A stretch of DNA of 64,000 bases from Lama glama (Eukaryota), in assembly GCA_028534125.1 (NCBI GenBank), contig CM052838.1, positions 46,748,001 to 46,812,000 of the forward strand, in the 5' to 3' direction. Below the pieces are notes generated by a model. The model worked only from the letters and a program-made list of their open reading frames with translations, searched no databases and was not told the origin of the DNA. This document shows positions 24,501-36,915 of the stretch, piece after piece. Every line of letters starts with the position of its first letter. The stretch's first letter is position 1. A program made the position numbers and the translations under genes.

Positions 24501-24819
24501 TTCCAAACACTTTCCCCTCCGTCAGCAGTCTCCCTGGCTCCCCTCCCAGCCCCTACAACTCACCCAGCCCCACTGCAAGAGGCCTTTTGATTCCAAAGGC
24601 CTGGTTGGCTGAGGGAATGGGGGAGTGGAGGCCCCGGGGAAGCACTGCTTTTCTCTTGTCTGGTTATATATGACCCTCTGCCTGCTTCCCCTGTCAGCTC
24701 GGCTGTTTGCAGCGAAGTTCCTCCTAGCCAACTTTCTGCAAGTTTTCCTTGGCTGTCTGATTTAACTTCACGATAAGACTGGGAAATGGTGGTGTTTAGG
24801 TCTCTGATTTAAGAGAGTG

Positions 24820-25290
24820 AGAAGTTGTGGGCCTGCACTTGCTTATGTATTTGCATATGTATGGATGGCCGCAGACTTACGCATTTAGGTATCTGTGTCT
24901 ACTTATATCATTGGACGTTTATAACTGTGAATATATGTGTGGTCTAAGAGTTGAGTGTATGAGAATGCATACGAAGTTATACGTGTACTTGTGGGGTGGC
25001 TGGGGCAGTGTACCCATGATGTGCTTGTGTGGAAAACGCGTTTGTGGCTGTGTAAATAACGTAAACGTGGAATGGTCTACATGTGGTTGTATACGTGGAC
25101 TATACATATCTGTAAGTAGCTGTGTGCCTGGGACCTGGATGTGCAGCTGTGGGGGGGCTGGATGGGACAGTGGCTCTCAGGGCTGTGTGCTGATGGTCAT
25201 TGTGTCTGTGGGTCCATGCGGTTGTGGAGACAGAGTTGTGCTTGGGGATCAGTGGGTGACAGTGTTTGGGGCAGATGTGGGAGGGGATAG
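24820..25290. repeat. Degenerate (TG)n/(TATG)n low-complexity tract
   Basis: Runs of gtgt/tatg/gtat; gives rise to the spurious C/V/M/Y-rich ORF 24827..25693. Confidence 0.7.
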
Positions 25291-26547
25291 GGGAAGGCCA
25301 AATCTTCCTCTCTGCTGTTTTTCCAGGCAGTGTTCCATCTCTCCTTTGTTGCGAAGGCTCAGGGCTGTGTCCCCACCTGGCCCCCCAGCAACGCTGTCCC
25401 ACCCCTCCCACGTCCAGGGTGGCTTTTCACGTGCAGCCTGTTCTTGCTGCTTGCACGATCTGGACCCCTACCCCGCGCCAGCACCCAACCCACACTCCAC
25501 CCTCAGGACAAGCTGGGCTCCTCACGGCCAGTGCTCTGAGCCTGATGCTGAGCCAGCCATGGGTGATGGCCACCCCAGAGTCCAGGCTTGCTGCTGCCCA
25601 GGGCTTGGGGCAGACACCAAAACAGTCTCACAGTCACTGAGGAACAAGCTTTGGGGATGGAGTGCGAGTCATGGGGCATCCCTGCTATTCTAGAAAAGCC
25701 AGCGCATAATACACACCCTTCCAGCTGTGTCGTCACTCCAGAGCACACACCCACTGCTCTCCTCCAGGCAGGAGACATGGGCCACCCACTGGCCTTGGGG
25801 CTCTGGAGATGTTTAGAGATTTGTTCAGAGGACCGCCCCTAATTTCCCTACCTCCCAAGCTCCTGGATGTTGGAAAGGTCCTGAACCAGCAAACGTCTTG
25901 GTTCCCAACCAGCCTGTGTGGCGGGCCAGGGACCTCCCTGGAATCGTCTTGATCAGGCTACTCCTGCAGACATCACAGCTAGTGCTGGGGAGCTGGAGCC
26001 CCTGACTGGACCGACACCCTCAGAGTGTGTTGGGGCTGTGCCCTGGGGCCAGGCGGGGTCTGGAGTTTGCTCCCTCTCTAGTTTCCCTGGAGCTGGCTGT
26101 GAGCTGGTCCTTCTTCCTACTCTGTCCTCCAGCTTTGGCTGAGGGAGCCCCTTCTCTGAGGAAGGAGGCAATGAAGGGCAGGGGAGAGTGGGACAGTCCA
26201 GGCAGAGACTCAGACACGCTCAGTTCTCTTAATCTGCAGTTTCAGGGCATATCTGGCCTTTCTTAGAGTCCAGCTGCCCCCACAATCCTGTCTGAAGTCA
26301 CATGACCCATGACCCCAGGATGCTGGCAGAAGCCAGAGCCACCCCTAGTGTCATCCCAATTCCCAAGCAGCCCCTGTGCCCACCTCCCCCTCCCCGCCAG
26401 CTGCAGTTGGTGAGAGGAAAGAAGTCTGGTTGGTGAACGTGAGTAAGGAGGCCACGAGGCAGAGAGAGACAGAGCGCAGAAAGGAGAGGTGTTGGTGAGC
26501 GTGCGCAAAGCGGCAGCTGTGGGTGAGAAGCTGGCTCCCACGGTCAC

Positions 26548-26631
26548 CTCGGCTGTGCTGCCTGTTGACCATCCCGCCCAGGGTCCACCGGCGATCCAGG
26601 CGCCGCAGATGGGCCTTGCGTCTCTTGGACA
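26548..26631 (-). CDS. SH3PXD2A: SH3PXD2A alternative cassette exon (84 nt, 28 aa polybasic insert between SH3#1 and SH3#2): VSKRRKAHLRRLDRRWTLGGMVNRQHSR
   Basis: acaccag|TGTCCAAG acceptor; CCGAG|gtgacc donor; symmetric phase 1/1; peptide in ORF 26351..26782 matches the known Tks5 28-aa insert. Confidence 0.93.
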
Positions 26632-29278
26632 CTGGTGTGGGAGGTGGTGATGGAACACGTGGCCGACAGGAACCGGCGGAGAGAATGGAGATGTGGATGA
26701 GATGGGAGGGATGGGGAAGGGATGGAGGCAGGGAAGGTTTGCACCCCCAGGTCTTCACCGCCTGGACTGAGCCCCAGTGCACACGCCTCCTGGATGGGCA
26801 CAGATCGGACCAGTGATACCACTAGTAGGTGGGGAATAACTCAACCAAAGCCAAACCTTGTGGGCAGGTTATGCCCCTGAGCCTGGAAGGGTCTAAGAAT
26901 TTAGAATCCCAGCACCTGAGAGGGGAAAATAGTCCTTGGCTCCAGCCTGGTGCAAGGACAACCCTCAGTTGCAACCTCAGGGGGAGAACATTGCTCCTGC
27001 CACTGCTGGGCAGTGATGGCTTCCAGGAGGGTGTACTCCCCGCCCCACAACCTGCCCCCTGCACCAGGGCTCACATCCATCTGTCCCCCACCCACTCACT
27101 CAGCCAGTCCTGCTTGTGAACCTGTCACCATGAGCCAGGCACCACACCTGGAAGAACAAACATGTTCAGGAGAGACGTGGGGTCCCGTCCTTGCAGGGCG
27201 TATAGCTCTCACTGTCCTGGGCTTGTTTGTGTCTTTGCTTTTTCAGTCATTCCCATGGATTGAGTCTGTTGAGGGCAAAGTCTTTGCATCTCTGTGTCCC
27301 CAGGGCCCAGCACAGGGCCCGGCATGTGGCTGACGCCTCAGACGTTGCTGAGTGAACCACACACAGGGGGACGCCACAGGCCTTGCTCTGTTCCTTCCCC
27401 GCATGCCATCCTCCGGCTTTCTGACAGCGGAGGACCTGCCTCCCAGCCTCTCACCACTCCACACCCCTTTCATCTGTACGGGTCCCCTGGCTGCTGTGGA
27501 CCCACTCCACACACCTCCTGCCTTCCTCTGGGACGCCCAGGTGGAACGGTGGCCCCCACCTCCTGGCACCGCAGGAGGAGGGTGCCAGGCTCCCTCTGGG
27601 GGAGGGAAGCCGGCAGTTAGAGTCAAACTCCAGACACACCCGAGCCAAACCCCACCAAGGACTCCTGTGAGGTACCTGCTTTTCTGGAGGGAGAATAGCC
27701 TGTTTGACCCGCTTCTTATAAGCAGGAGGCCTGGACAAAAGGTCAGGGGTAAAGATTCAGTCCAGGCCCCACTGCCAGGTTACTATGTCACCCCGGGCAG
27801 GCTGCCATCCCTCCCTGAGCCTGTCCCCTCAGTTGTCTTTGGGACTGACATCACCTGCCCCGTGTGAAATGAGACAGGGACTGAGTGAGCTCCGAGGAAC
27901 AGAGATGAGGTCCTACGTGAAGCCAGACCGGGAGGAACTCGGACAGCTGCCCCCCCTCCGGTGTATCCCCCTGGTTTCTCTGTGGGCAGAGGGTCACCTC
28001 AGCAGTAAGTGACATCTACCTGGTTTAAATCAGATACCAAGACGATATCACTGGAGCCTCACAAAAGCTCCGTGCAGTCGGCAATCTCCTCATTTTAGAA
28101 ATGGGAAATCGGGGCACAGGGATGTGAAGGAACCTCAAGTTACACACCTAAGTATCGAGGCAGCAGTGAATCCAGGTGGTCTGGCCCTGGCGCCCAGATT
28201 CTAGACCTTGTGATGTGGTTCTTCCCATCAACCCCATGCCACTGAGTCTGCCAACAGTGGGAAGGCTGGGACGGGGGGGCAGTGCCAATGCCAGTCCACC
28301 AGGGACAAAAGGAGGTCATGGCCAGTTGCTGCAAGGCACAGGGGGCAGGCAGAGACCCAGGCTCCAGTCTTGACTCTGCCACTAACTGGCCTGAGGGCTC
28401 TGGAGGTGACAATGCTCCAGGCCTCCATTTGCTCATCTCTGAGAGGCGGCAGCTGTGATGGGTCACTAAAGCACCTGCCGTGGTTGGGCCTGGACCCTCC
28501 TCAGCATCATGGATGAGAGGGTCTCAGCCTCCACCTCTGCCCTCCTACCCTCTACTGGTAACATCTGTGACTTCTACACAGCACTCTTGGCTTCAGGACA
28601 AGCACGAACATATGCCAGAATGTCTGATGATAGAGATAAAATGTAACAGCCAGTTGTCTCTTTTCTTTCCAAAACAATGGAACATGATTTGTTAGGGAAG
28701 CTTTGATGGGATGAAGCCTTCTAATTACCGTCTACAGGGCTCAGGGGAGCTACATGGAATGGCCACAGGGCTGGGGTAGAGGTGGCCAGAGAGAGGACCA
28801 GCGTGGGCTGATCTAGCCTCATGGCAGCCAGTGCAGAGACAGGCAGATACAGTACAGCTGCTGGGCCTTGGGTGGGGTATGAGCCCTGAACCCTTCTGTA
28901 GAGCCGGGCAGAGATGCCCACAATGGATGATGGAGTTCACAGCTGCCCAGATGTTGCCAGGGGTATTGGCACACAGGTCTTACCAAAGTGTGTGGAGGAA
29001 CCTACTTTAAGGAGGGTCGTGCGTGCGCACACACGCACCTCAGGACGCAGAACCTGCCCTGGTGCCTGACTCTTACTCCATCGAGGTCAAAATTCTCTAC
29101 AACCTGCTACCGCTTGTTCTGTGCAAAGTACCCAATCCCTCTTCAAACCAGGCTGGCATCAGTGCCCATGTATCTCACAGGCGCTCTCCTGCCCAGGATG
29201 TGTCCTGGTCCTCCAGCATCTACTCAATGTCTCTGCTCTGACCATCTGGGCACAGCCTTTCCAGGTGGGGTTCCAATT

Positions 29279-29353
29279 ACACACACACACACACACCCTC
29301 CTAGAATTGTTTATAAGCATCACACACACCCCCTCCTAGAATTGCTTATAAGC
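29279..29353. repeat. (CA)n microsatellite with short tandem duplication of cacac..ccctcctagaattg(t/c)ttataagca
   Basis: Two adjacent ~34-nt copies, differing by one substitution in the unique part and by CA/C-run length. Confidence 0.85.
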
Positions 29354-30890
29354 AAAATGCTTTATGAAGAGGCATGTGGCATGGTGGGAAGACCACTGGC
29401 AGAGGAGGCCGACCAGGGCTCAGACATTACGAGGAAGCCTCAGTTCCTGCATCTGGAAACTGGGGTTTGTAACAGAGCCCTCCCTGGGTAACGGTGAGGC
29501 ATTCATAGCACCAGGCCGGACACTTGGGATTCAGTGAGACCTCAGTATACTCCAGGCATTGTTATTTCTGAAAAGCCCTGGGAAGTCCCTCAGAATGCGG
29601 AACTGGGTAGGAGGCAAAGCCTGGTGACTTCGGGGGCTCAGATCCTTCACAGCAGAGGTGTGATGGAACCAGAGATGAGACAGGGTGCAGGTTCAGACCC
29701 AGGGCTCAGGGAGCCACCAGGAAGGACCAAGCACATGGATTGAACACGCAAGCCCTTTGTGATGGGGCCTGGTCCCTGGAAACCTGTCATAAGGCAGACA
29801 TGCACTGCAGGGGCTGTAGCACTGGTCAAGGGACTGAAATAAGGCATTTACATGGCAGGAAGGGTGGGGCTCCAACTGCCTGCAGAGTAACCGACATTTA
29901 GGGGAAGGATGAATAAGGAGCTGGCGCTTGGCGGGCTGCTTATTTTGGCCTGGGCAGTGGGGAATGGGGGGAGAGGGAGGGGCGGGCCTGGAGGTGGCCT
30001 GAGCCCCGGGTGGCAGGCGGCGATCTCCTGGCTCTGACGTGCCCATTTGGACACTCCCCACTGACCGTTAGGGCAAGCATTCCTGCTGCCAGAATAAAGG
30101 AGGCTTAGAAGTCATTAGGAGGAGGCAGCAGGGGAACGCAGTGGCTCAGACTTGCTGGGCTCAGGCAGCCTGCTCTGGGGAATCCCTAAGTCCATGGACA
30201 GGCTGACCAGGCCAGCAATCTGGGGGCAGAGACTGGGGAGAACAGTCTTAAGGCTAGTCCCCTAAAGCTCTCTCTTCCCCAGAAGCCCTGGGTTCCTCTG
30301 AGGGTCTCCACAGAGATCCACCTTTGCCTCCCTTACCCCACACTGTGCTCTGTGTGGCAGGGACGACCCCACGGGGCTGCGTGTGCGCAACTTCTGCTGT
30401 GCAGTCTGCTCAGAGGCCTCTCTTCTGGGTGCCTGTTATCCTGGCCCAGGGCAGGTCTGTGAGTCATTTTTCAGTGTTGCAGGAACCCAGAGGTGGCTCT
30501 GACCCCTGCACCATCAGCCTCTCTGGTTAGCTCTGGCCTAGTGAGGTTTTTCTGGATTTTTTTTCCACTGCATTGCCAAAGCCACACCTAAGGGAATCTC
30601 CCCTCTAATTTTCACCCCATGTGGGGCCAGCAAGGACAGATCTGGGATGGGAGGTGAGCTTGTGGGTTGGCCTCCGTGAGATGGGATCCCGAGGGAAGGG
30701 GCTGGAACATATCCCAACTCATTTTAGGGTTTCTGGTCGTTTTAAGCAGAAGGGTGGGAAAGCTGCATCCAGGAGTTGGATTCACTCCTGGGGCCCGGAA
30801 TGGGGTTGGCATCACTTCCTGGGGACTCAGAGGCTCTCCCCTCCCTGCACCTGCCTCATCACCCACATCCCTTGAACTGCAAGCCCTTAC

Positions 30891-31004
30891 CTTCCCCAGT
30901 CTTGGAGGTGTTGATGTCTGAGTCGTCCCGAGTCCCATTCTGGGCCTCCAGGTAGGTGGCAGGGACCCAGCCCTGCTCCTCAGAGGTGCTCACGAACCAC
31001 CAGC
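30891..31004 (-). CDS. SH3PXD2A: SH3PXD2A coding exon (114 nt), second half of SH3#1: (G)[37 protein letters not shown]
   Basis: ctgcag|GCTGGTGG acceptor; GGGGAAG|gtaagg donor; phase 1/1; peptide in ORF 30859..31152. Confidence 0.96.
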
Positions 31005-32221
31005 CTGCAGAGGGGCAAGAGAGAATGCAGCCATGAGAGCCCAGCAGATGGCAGAGGTGGGGTGGGGGCCAGGACAGGGAGGGAAGGAGCAGTGAGCAGG
31101 AGACGGCACAGAGCCACACAGCCTGGGCACCTGGCAGACGCCTGGCCCACACCTGGCCTCCTAGAGCCCAGGCTCCTCTCAGAGGAAGAAAAGACCCTCA
31201 CACTCCCTGAGAAGAGGGCCTGTTGGACCACAATCCACTCATATGAAATGTCTGATGACAAAATTTGAAAATGAAATTGAAACAATGATCTGCCCAACGT
31301 GTGAAAGTCACTTGGCAGGAAAGTCCAAGGGAGCTTGGGCCGAACACAGAGACCACATAGGGTCTTTCAAGCGCACTAGGACCTCCAGTCTGACCACGTT
31401 CTCTGCTTTCAAAGGCAAGTGCAGGTAGAAGCCTCACAGATACCTTCTGATGCTCACTGCCCCCCTTCCCACCACGGGTCAGCGGTACTTTCACATGGTG
31501 CTCCTCACAGCTGCCTCGCAGTGTGTTGACGTTTCAATCACAGTTTAAGTGGGCACTGCACCCTCGAGTGACCCTTGACGGTCACAGCCAAGTGATAACA
31601 GCTCACTCATTTTCGTTCCCATTTGTTCACTCATTCATTCATCATTCAAACAAATGTGGAGCAGAGTACTTCAGACTCCGGAGTCTCGGGACGCCAGCTG
31701 CCTTTGGTCCCTTCCTAGAAGGCACTCTGCACAGGATCCCGTCTCTGCCCCTAAAGCAATTAGGCACCGATTCTCTTTTCTGTCATTGTATGACATTCTG
31801 TCATAGTGACATTGTGCATTATTTCAAATTTGGACTGCTTCCTGTCAAGAGACCCCAGGGCTCTTCCATGGACAGCACTGAGGCCCCGTAACCGCCCACA
31901 GCAGTGAGTGGCTGCCTGAGGAGGGGGCACGTGGGGGCCTCCGAGTGCTCCCATCTGGGCTTAGCACTGGGAGAGAGAGGAGGCTGCCTGGGGGCTGCTG
32001 TGACAGCAATGGAGACAGACAGAGGACAGCGGTCCCACCACTGCTCAGGACGTCAGAACCCATGGTCATCACCCAGGTCTTCAACTTTCAACACCCCATG
32101 TCACAGGCTTGGGATAGCAAACAGCCTGTGGTCTAGTCCTGAATGCCCACGGCACCCCAGCCTTTCCAGGGAGTTCCACAACACTCTGCTGGTAGCTCTG
32201 CAAAGCCCATGAAACGCCATG

Positions 32222-32520
32222 ACATCTGTATAATACCATAATGTTGGATACATGTCCTTAGACATTTGTCAACAACCCACAGAATGTCCAGCACCTAGAG
32301 TGAACCCTAATGTAAGCCAGGGACTCTGGGTGATTAGGATGTGTCAGTGCAGCTTCATCAGTTGTAAAAAATGTACCCCTCTGGTGGGGCATGTTGCTGA
32401 TGGGGGAGGCTGTGCATGTGTCGGGGCAGGGGGTATATGGGAAACCTCTGTACCTTCCACTCAGTTTTGCTGTGGAACTAAAACTGCTCTAAAAAAACCA
32501 GTCTTAAAAGGAAAAGAAAA
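32222..32520 (+). mobile_element. Old L1 3' end (L1MC/L1MD-like)
   Basis: agagtgaaccctaatgtaa...ggactctgggtgat..gatgtgtcagtg...tatatgggaaacctctgtaccttccactcagttttgctgtg..ctaaaactgctctaaaaaa followed by an A-rich tail. Confidence 0.85.
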
Positions 32521-33049
32521 GTCACAAAGGTCTGGACTTCTGAGGCTCAGCCCTGAGCTGGGTCACCGCCCCTCTGAAACCCAGGACAGATGCCTTCTTT
32601 CCCTCCCTCTGCTGGATTCAGGTCAATTCCCTAGTCCTTCCCCCAAGAGGGGTGGGTGCGGGCCACCCCATGACACCCCCAGCCCCTGGCACATTCTGGG
32701 CCTACCATGCAGAGGGCCATGGAACGGGCTGCTGGGGGCAGCACCTCCATCCTCTCTGCGGCCTGGGCTGCAATGGCGTGGCTGCTCAGGAGGCCGTGGC
32801 TGAGAGAACCCAAGGAAGCCAGAAGACACGGACTTGCAGGGGTCTCTGCCTGGGATGTCTTCTCCCCTTCTCCAGACACTGGGGGAACACTCTCAGGAAC
32901 CCCAACAGTCCCTGCCAAGAGGCCCCAGCCCCGTCTTCCACAGAGCCTGACTGGAGCTCATGGAACAGGGCTCCGCATCTCACAGAGGTCCCTGCCCTGT
33001 GGCTCTGCTTCCTTGATCACAAGGGTGGTCATATCTGGCCATCATGTTC

Positions 33050-33375
33050 TGACAGGTCTGTCATCTCCCTGGACACTGTAATGGCTCAGGGTCTTTTCCA
33101 GGAATGGACATGGGTGCTTTGGAGATCTGAACCCTAAGTGCCACATTAACAAGGAGTTGCTGGGGTATGTGGGAACAGACATCCTGAGAGAGTTAAGTCA
33201 ATAAAGCAAAGTCAAGAGATGGAGAAAGTCAGTCCTGATTAACATCATTTGACTCTACGGTGCAGGTGTGCTTAAAGCTAGGCCACCTTGTTGGACTTCC
33301 GAATTATAGCCAACCAGTGACCTTGCTGAGTTGTTTAACTCAGCCAGAGCGGGTTTCAGTCACTTGCTAACACCA
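33050..33375. mobile_element. MaLR LTR fragment (MLT1-like)
   Basis: agtcctg..acatcatttga...ttggacttc...gtttaa..cagccagag.gggtttcagtcacttgc resembles MLT1 LTR 3' end. Confidence 0.5.
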
Positions 33376-35529
33376 TCCCTACCCAGCAATCGAGGATCAT
33401 AATCTAAGGTCTGCCTTCATGAGTCAAGTCTGGAGAACAAAACCCAAGCCCACTGGGCACCTGCTACCACAGACCGCAGTGAGCCCTCCGAGCCACTCTG
33501 GGTAAGTGATCCCTCCCCAAATTTCCACTCAACAGGATAACCTCTAAGAGCCCCAAAGAGCAGTTACCACACACAATGCCCACCTTGGAGTCACTTTTAG
33601 GAGGATCTTGAAGGCTGAGGCGCTCATGTGACTCCCCAGGTCCAGGTCCCAATGCCAAAAGCACACAGGTTTTAGTTCCCACATCCCCTCCAGACCCCTG
33701 CCAAACTGACCACCCCAGTTCCACCCCACCCTCAAAGCCAAGCCAAGTCCCAGTAGGTTGACGAAGTGCCCTGAGGCCCGGCCTCAAAGGGGAGCCCTTC
33801 TTCCCACGAGAGGGTTTCCCCAGGATGGGCCTGGGCCGGGGCCAGGGATCTTGTCATCAGACAAAACAGGGATGTGCCCAGAGGAACAGCGGAGCTTGGA
33901 TGCATGCGTCTTGTTGAGGATTTGCCAAGATCCCTGTGTGCCCGGCCCCTCCGAGCCTATTTTTTCTTTTTTTAAACAATAAGATGTGTCCGCTGCCAAC
34001 TCCTCCCTCTGAAGTAACCTACTTTTGCTCTCAGTGGGAGCATATTCCCTCCTTTCCCGTGTGAGCCCACGGCTTCCTAGGAAAGCAGGCAACTTGAAGC
34101 TCCAAGCAGGAGGATGGCTGGGGTGACTGTCTTCTAAACCTTCACTCTACTTCTGGAATCTGGGCTCCAAAGTCATCCTCTGCAGTGGTGAAGGAGGCAA
34201 GTCCCTCTATGGGCACCAGGAGGGCTTGTCCCGTCCAAGCTTGTCCGTGTCCTCATCTTTGTGAAGCAGGTCCCACGGCCTGCTGGCCTCTTGTTCTCTC
34301 TCTGCATCTGCCCCCATGGCCATCTTGGGAATGTGCCCTACAAATGGACCTTTCTCTTTGGTGCCAAGGACCTCATAATCTCAGGATTTAGCTCTCTTTT
34401 CTGCTGATGGCATCATCTCCCCTTCCCACTAACTTCACCCTTCAGTAATCTTTCCATGTACTTTCTGCTCCATCCCTTCCCGCAGGAGCCAGGGATCTGG
34501 GATGAAAGGATAGATCTGGACTTGTCTGTGCAGAGAATCTTCCAGGGGGTAGGGAAGGGCCTGGCACCAGGGTGAGCGGGCAAAGACTTGCTGAGGAGCT
34601 GAATGTGTGGCCAAGGTGCCCAACGTGCAGGGTGGCATGATGGTCTGCAACTCACACTGCCTGGGTACCCCTTGGAAGTTTCAGGGCTGTCTGAGTCCTT
34701 CCCACCACAAAATCTCTGCTGCACCGGAAGTTCTGGGGAGCCTGAGCCACATTATTGGCTGACTATGATCATCTCACCCCAGGGCAGCAACTTAAGAGTC
34801 TGTTTTCCTGCTGCACCCCCAAGACTTGGGGCAGAGACCCTCATCATCCTCCTGGCATGGCTCTGTGGCCCTACCAGCCTTCCACTCCAGCCCTGACACA
34901 TGCAGAGTTGGGCTGTGTGGCTCCAAGTCTCAGGTCCCTCCTGCAGCAGGTCCTGCAGAGAAGAGCTCGCTACTTGCTTGGCTGTGGGCACTTCCACAAA
35001 CCAAAGGTGGACAGGCTCAATCACTGCCCAGGTGGGCATGGCTGAACCTGGGCAGAGCTGCCCACCCCAGCTCCATGCAGCCCCCCCGGGAGCCCTAGCA
35101 CAAGCCACACAGTCGGGGCTCTAGGGCAGGCTCCCTGGGCCTGCGCCCACCCACAGCTGCTGACAGGCCTCTCCCAGATGCCAGCAGCTCAGAAGTCGAA
35201 TGCTGCAACCAGGCTCCTGACCAAAGGCACTGCTGCTCCACCAACGAGCAATTAGAGCCTGAACCGCCCCTGGGTGCAGCCCAGCTGGCCAAGAGGACTC
35301 AGGCATCAGCCAGCCCATGGAGCTCCCAGGCTCTCCTCCAGTGCATACCATGTCCTCTTTCCTGCAGAGGCACAGAGCGTGGGGGTGTGGGGGGGTGTCT
35401 AGGTGTGGACAAGGCTCTGTATCTTTGAGTACGTGGGAGGTGGGATACATCCATGTACACGTGTGGGTGGGTGCCTGCGCACAAGGAACAGAGGTGTGGC
35501 TGTACATGTATCACACATGATGATGATCA

Positions 35530-36180
35530 CGATGAGATGCTCAGGAGAGCACTTGGTGCTAACTTTACACACATTTACTTGATTTAATCTTCAATAATCT
35601 TGTGAAATAAGCATTGCTGTCATCATCATCCCCACTTTACAGATGAGGAAACTGAGGCAAAGATCACAATTAGGAAGAGGTAGAGCTGGACTCAAAACCA
35701 GGCAGTCTAGCTCTAGGACCCATATTCTTCACCACCACAGAAGTGGATCAGGTACACATTTGCTACATACAGGAGGGTAGAGGTTCCTTGAGAACCTGTG
35801 TCCCCGAATATTGGTGCTTTCTCTACGTGCCTGTCTGTGAGTGGGTCTGTCCCTGTCACTGAGTGTTTGCTTTGTGTGTGTACACCATGAGTAGGGATCC
35901 AGGCTGTGTGTACTTGAGTCTACAGGCGAGGATCCTTTGGTGGTAGAGAGTAATAATCAGAAGTCTGGGGTTGAAAGACTGAAAATCAGGTCCTGGCTTG
36001 CTACTTCCTAGCTGTGTGATCTTGGGGAAACTACCAAATCTTCCTAAGCCTCCGTCTCCCCTCTCTGACATGGCAGTAACTAACGAAGCCTACCTCTCAA
36101 GGCTGTGGGAATGAATAGATGAGGCCTAAGCAGCTTAGCTTGGGCCCTAGCAGAGGGCAGAAGCTTTCTCAGCATGGTGG
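35530..36180. mobile_element. Two MIR copies in opposite orientation (~35530-35740 minus, ~35930-36180 plus)
   Basis: ccccactttacagatgaggaaactgaggc; and ctagctgtgtgatcttggggaaactacc...ctaagcctc. Confidence 0.75.
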
Positions 36181-36689
36181 TGGGTGACTGGTATTCTAGG
36201 CTAAGAGTCAGCGCCCATGGGTGGCCAGGTGGTGTATGTACCCCAGAGAGTGTGTCAGGAGGTACTCAATATGGCTTGATGAACTGACTTGGGTGTGAGT
36301 GTAGGGGGGCGGTGAGTGTGTGTACACTCACATTTACTGGGATCTACAGAGTTTGGGGGCTGCCATCTTTTGCAACATGGCGAGAAATGGGGCCCAGGGA
36401 GAAGTTCCTGGGGTTTTCTTCCTAGCCCATCATGTCTCAGGGCCCTCATCAGCCTGGCTTCTGTCCTTCAGCCCATGCAATTTCCTAGGACAGAGGTCCT
36501 TCAGCCTCCACTCTTGTCCGACCTCCTCCAGGAAGCCCTCACTGACTGATCCCCAAATCCCGTTAGTGTCCAAAGCATCCCCTCTGACCCACAATTCACA
36601 GCATTTTATGCACTCTGAGAATAAGTCTCGTTGAGACTATAAGTATCTTGTCTATTTTGTCTCTAGGGCAGAGCTGAGCTTGCAGCAAA

Positions 36690-36915
36690 CAGATCAGCGG
36701 ATGAGGAAACTGAGGTCCAGAGCCTAAAACCTGACTCTGAATCCCATCTCTGCCACGTCCAAGCTCTGTGGCCTCAGGAAAGTACATTAACCTTTCTGAG
36801 CCTTGGTTTCTTCATCTGCAAAATGGTAAGACTACCATCTACTTTACAGGTTAGTGTGAGGATCGGATAAGATAAAGAGCAACACATGGGGCCTGGCAGA
36901 CAGTAGGTGCCCACT
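36690..36915 (+). mobile_element. MIR
   Basis: aacctttctgagccttggtttcttcatctgcaaaatgg...gtgtgaggat...gggcctggcagacagtaggtgc. Confidence 0.75.

Noticed and set aside
24827-25693. 288-aa plus-strand ORF
   Set aside because: Arises from the TG-rich low-complexity tract (C/V/M/Y-biased), non-ATG start, no domain.
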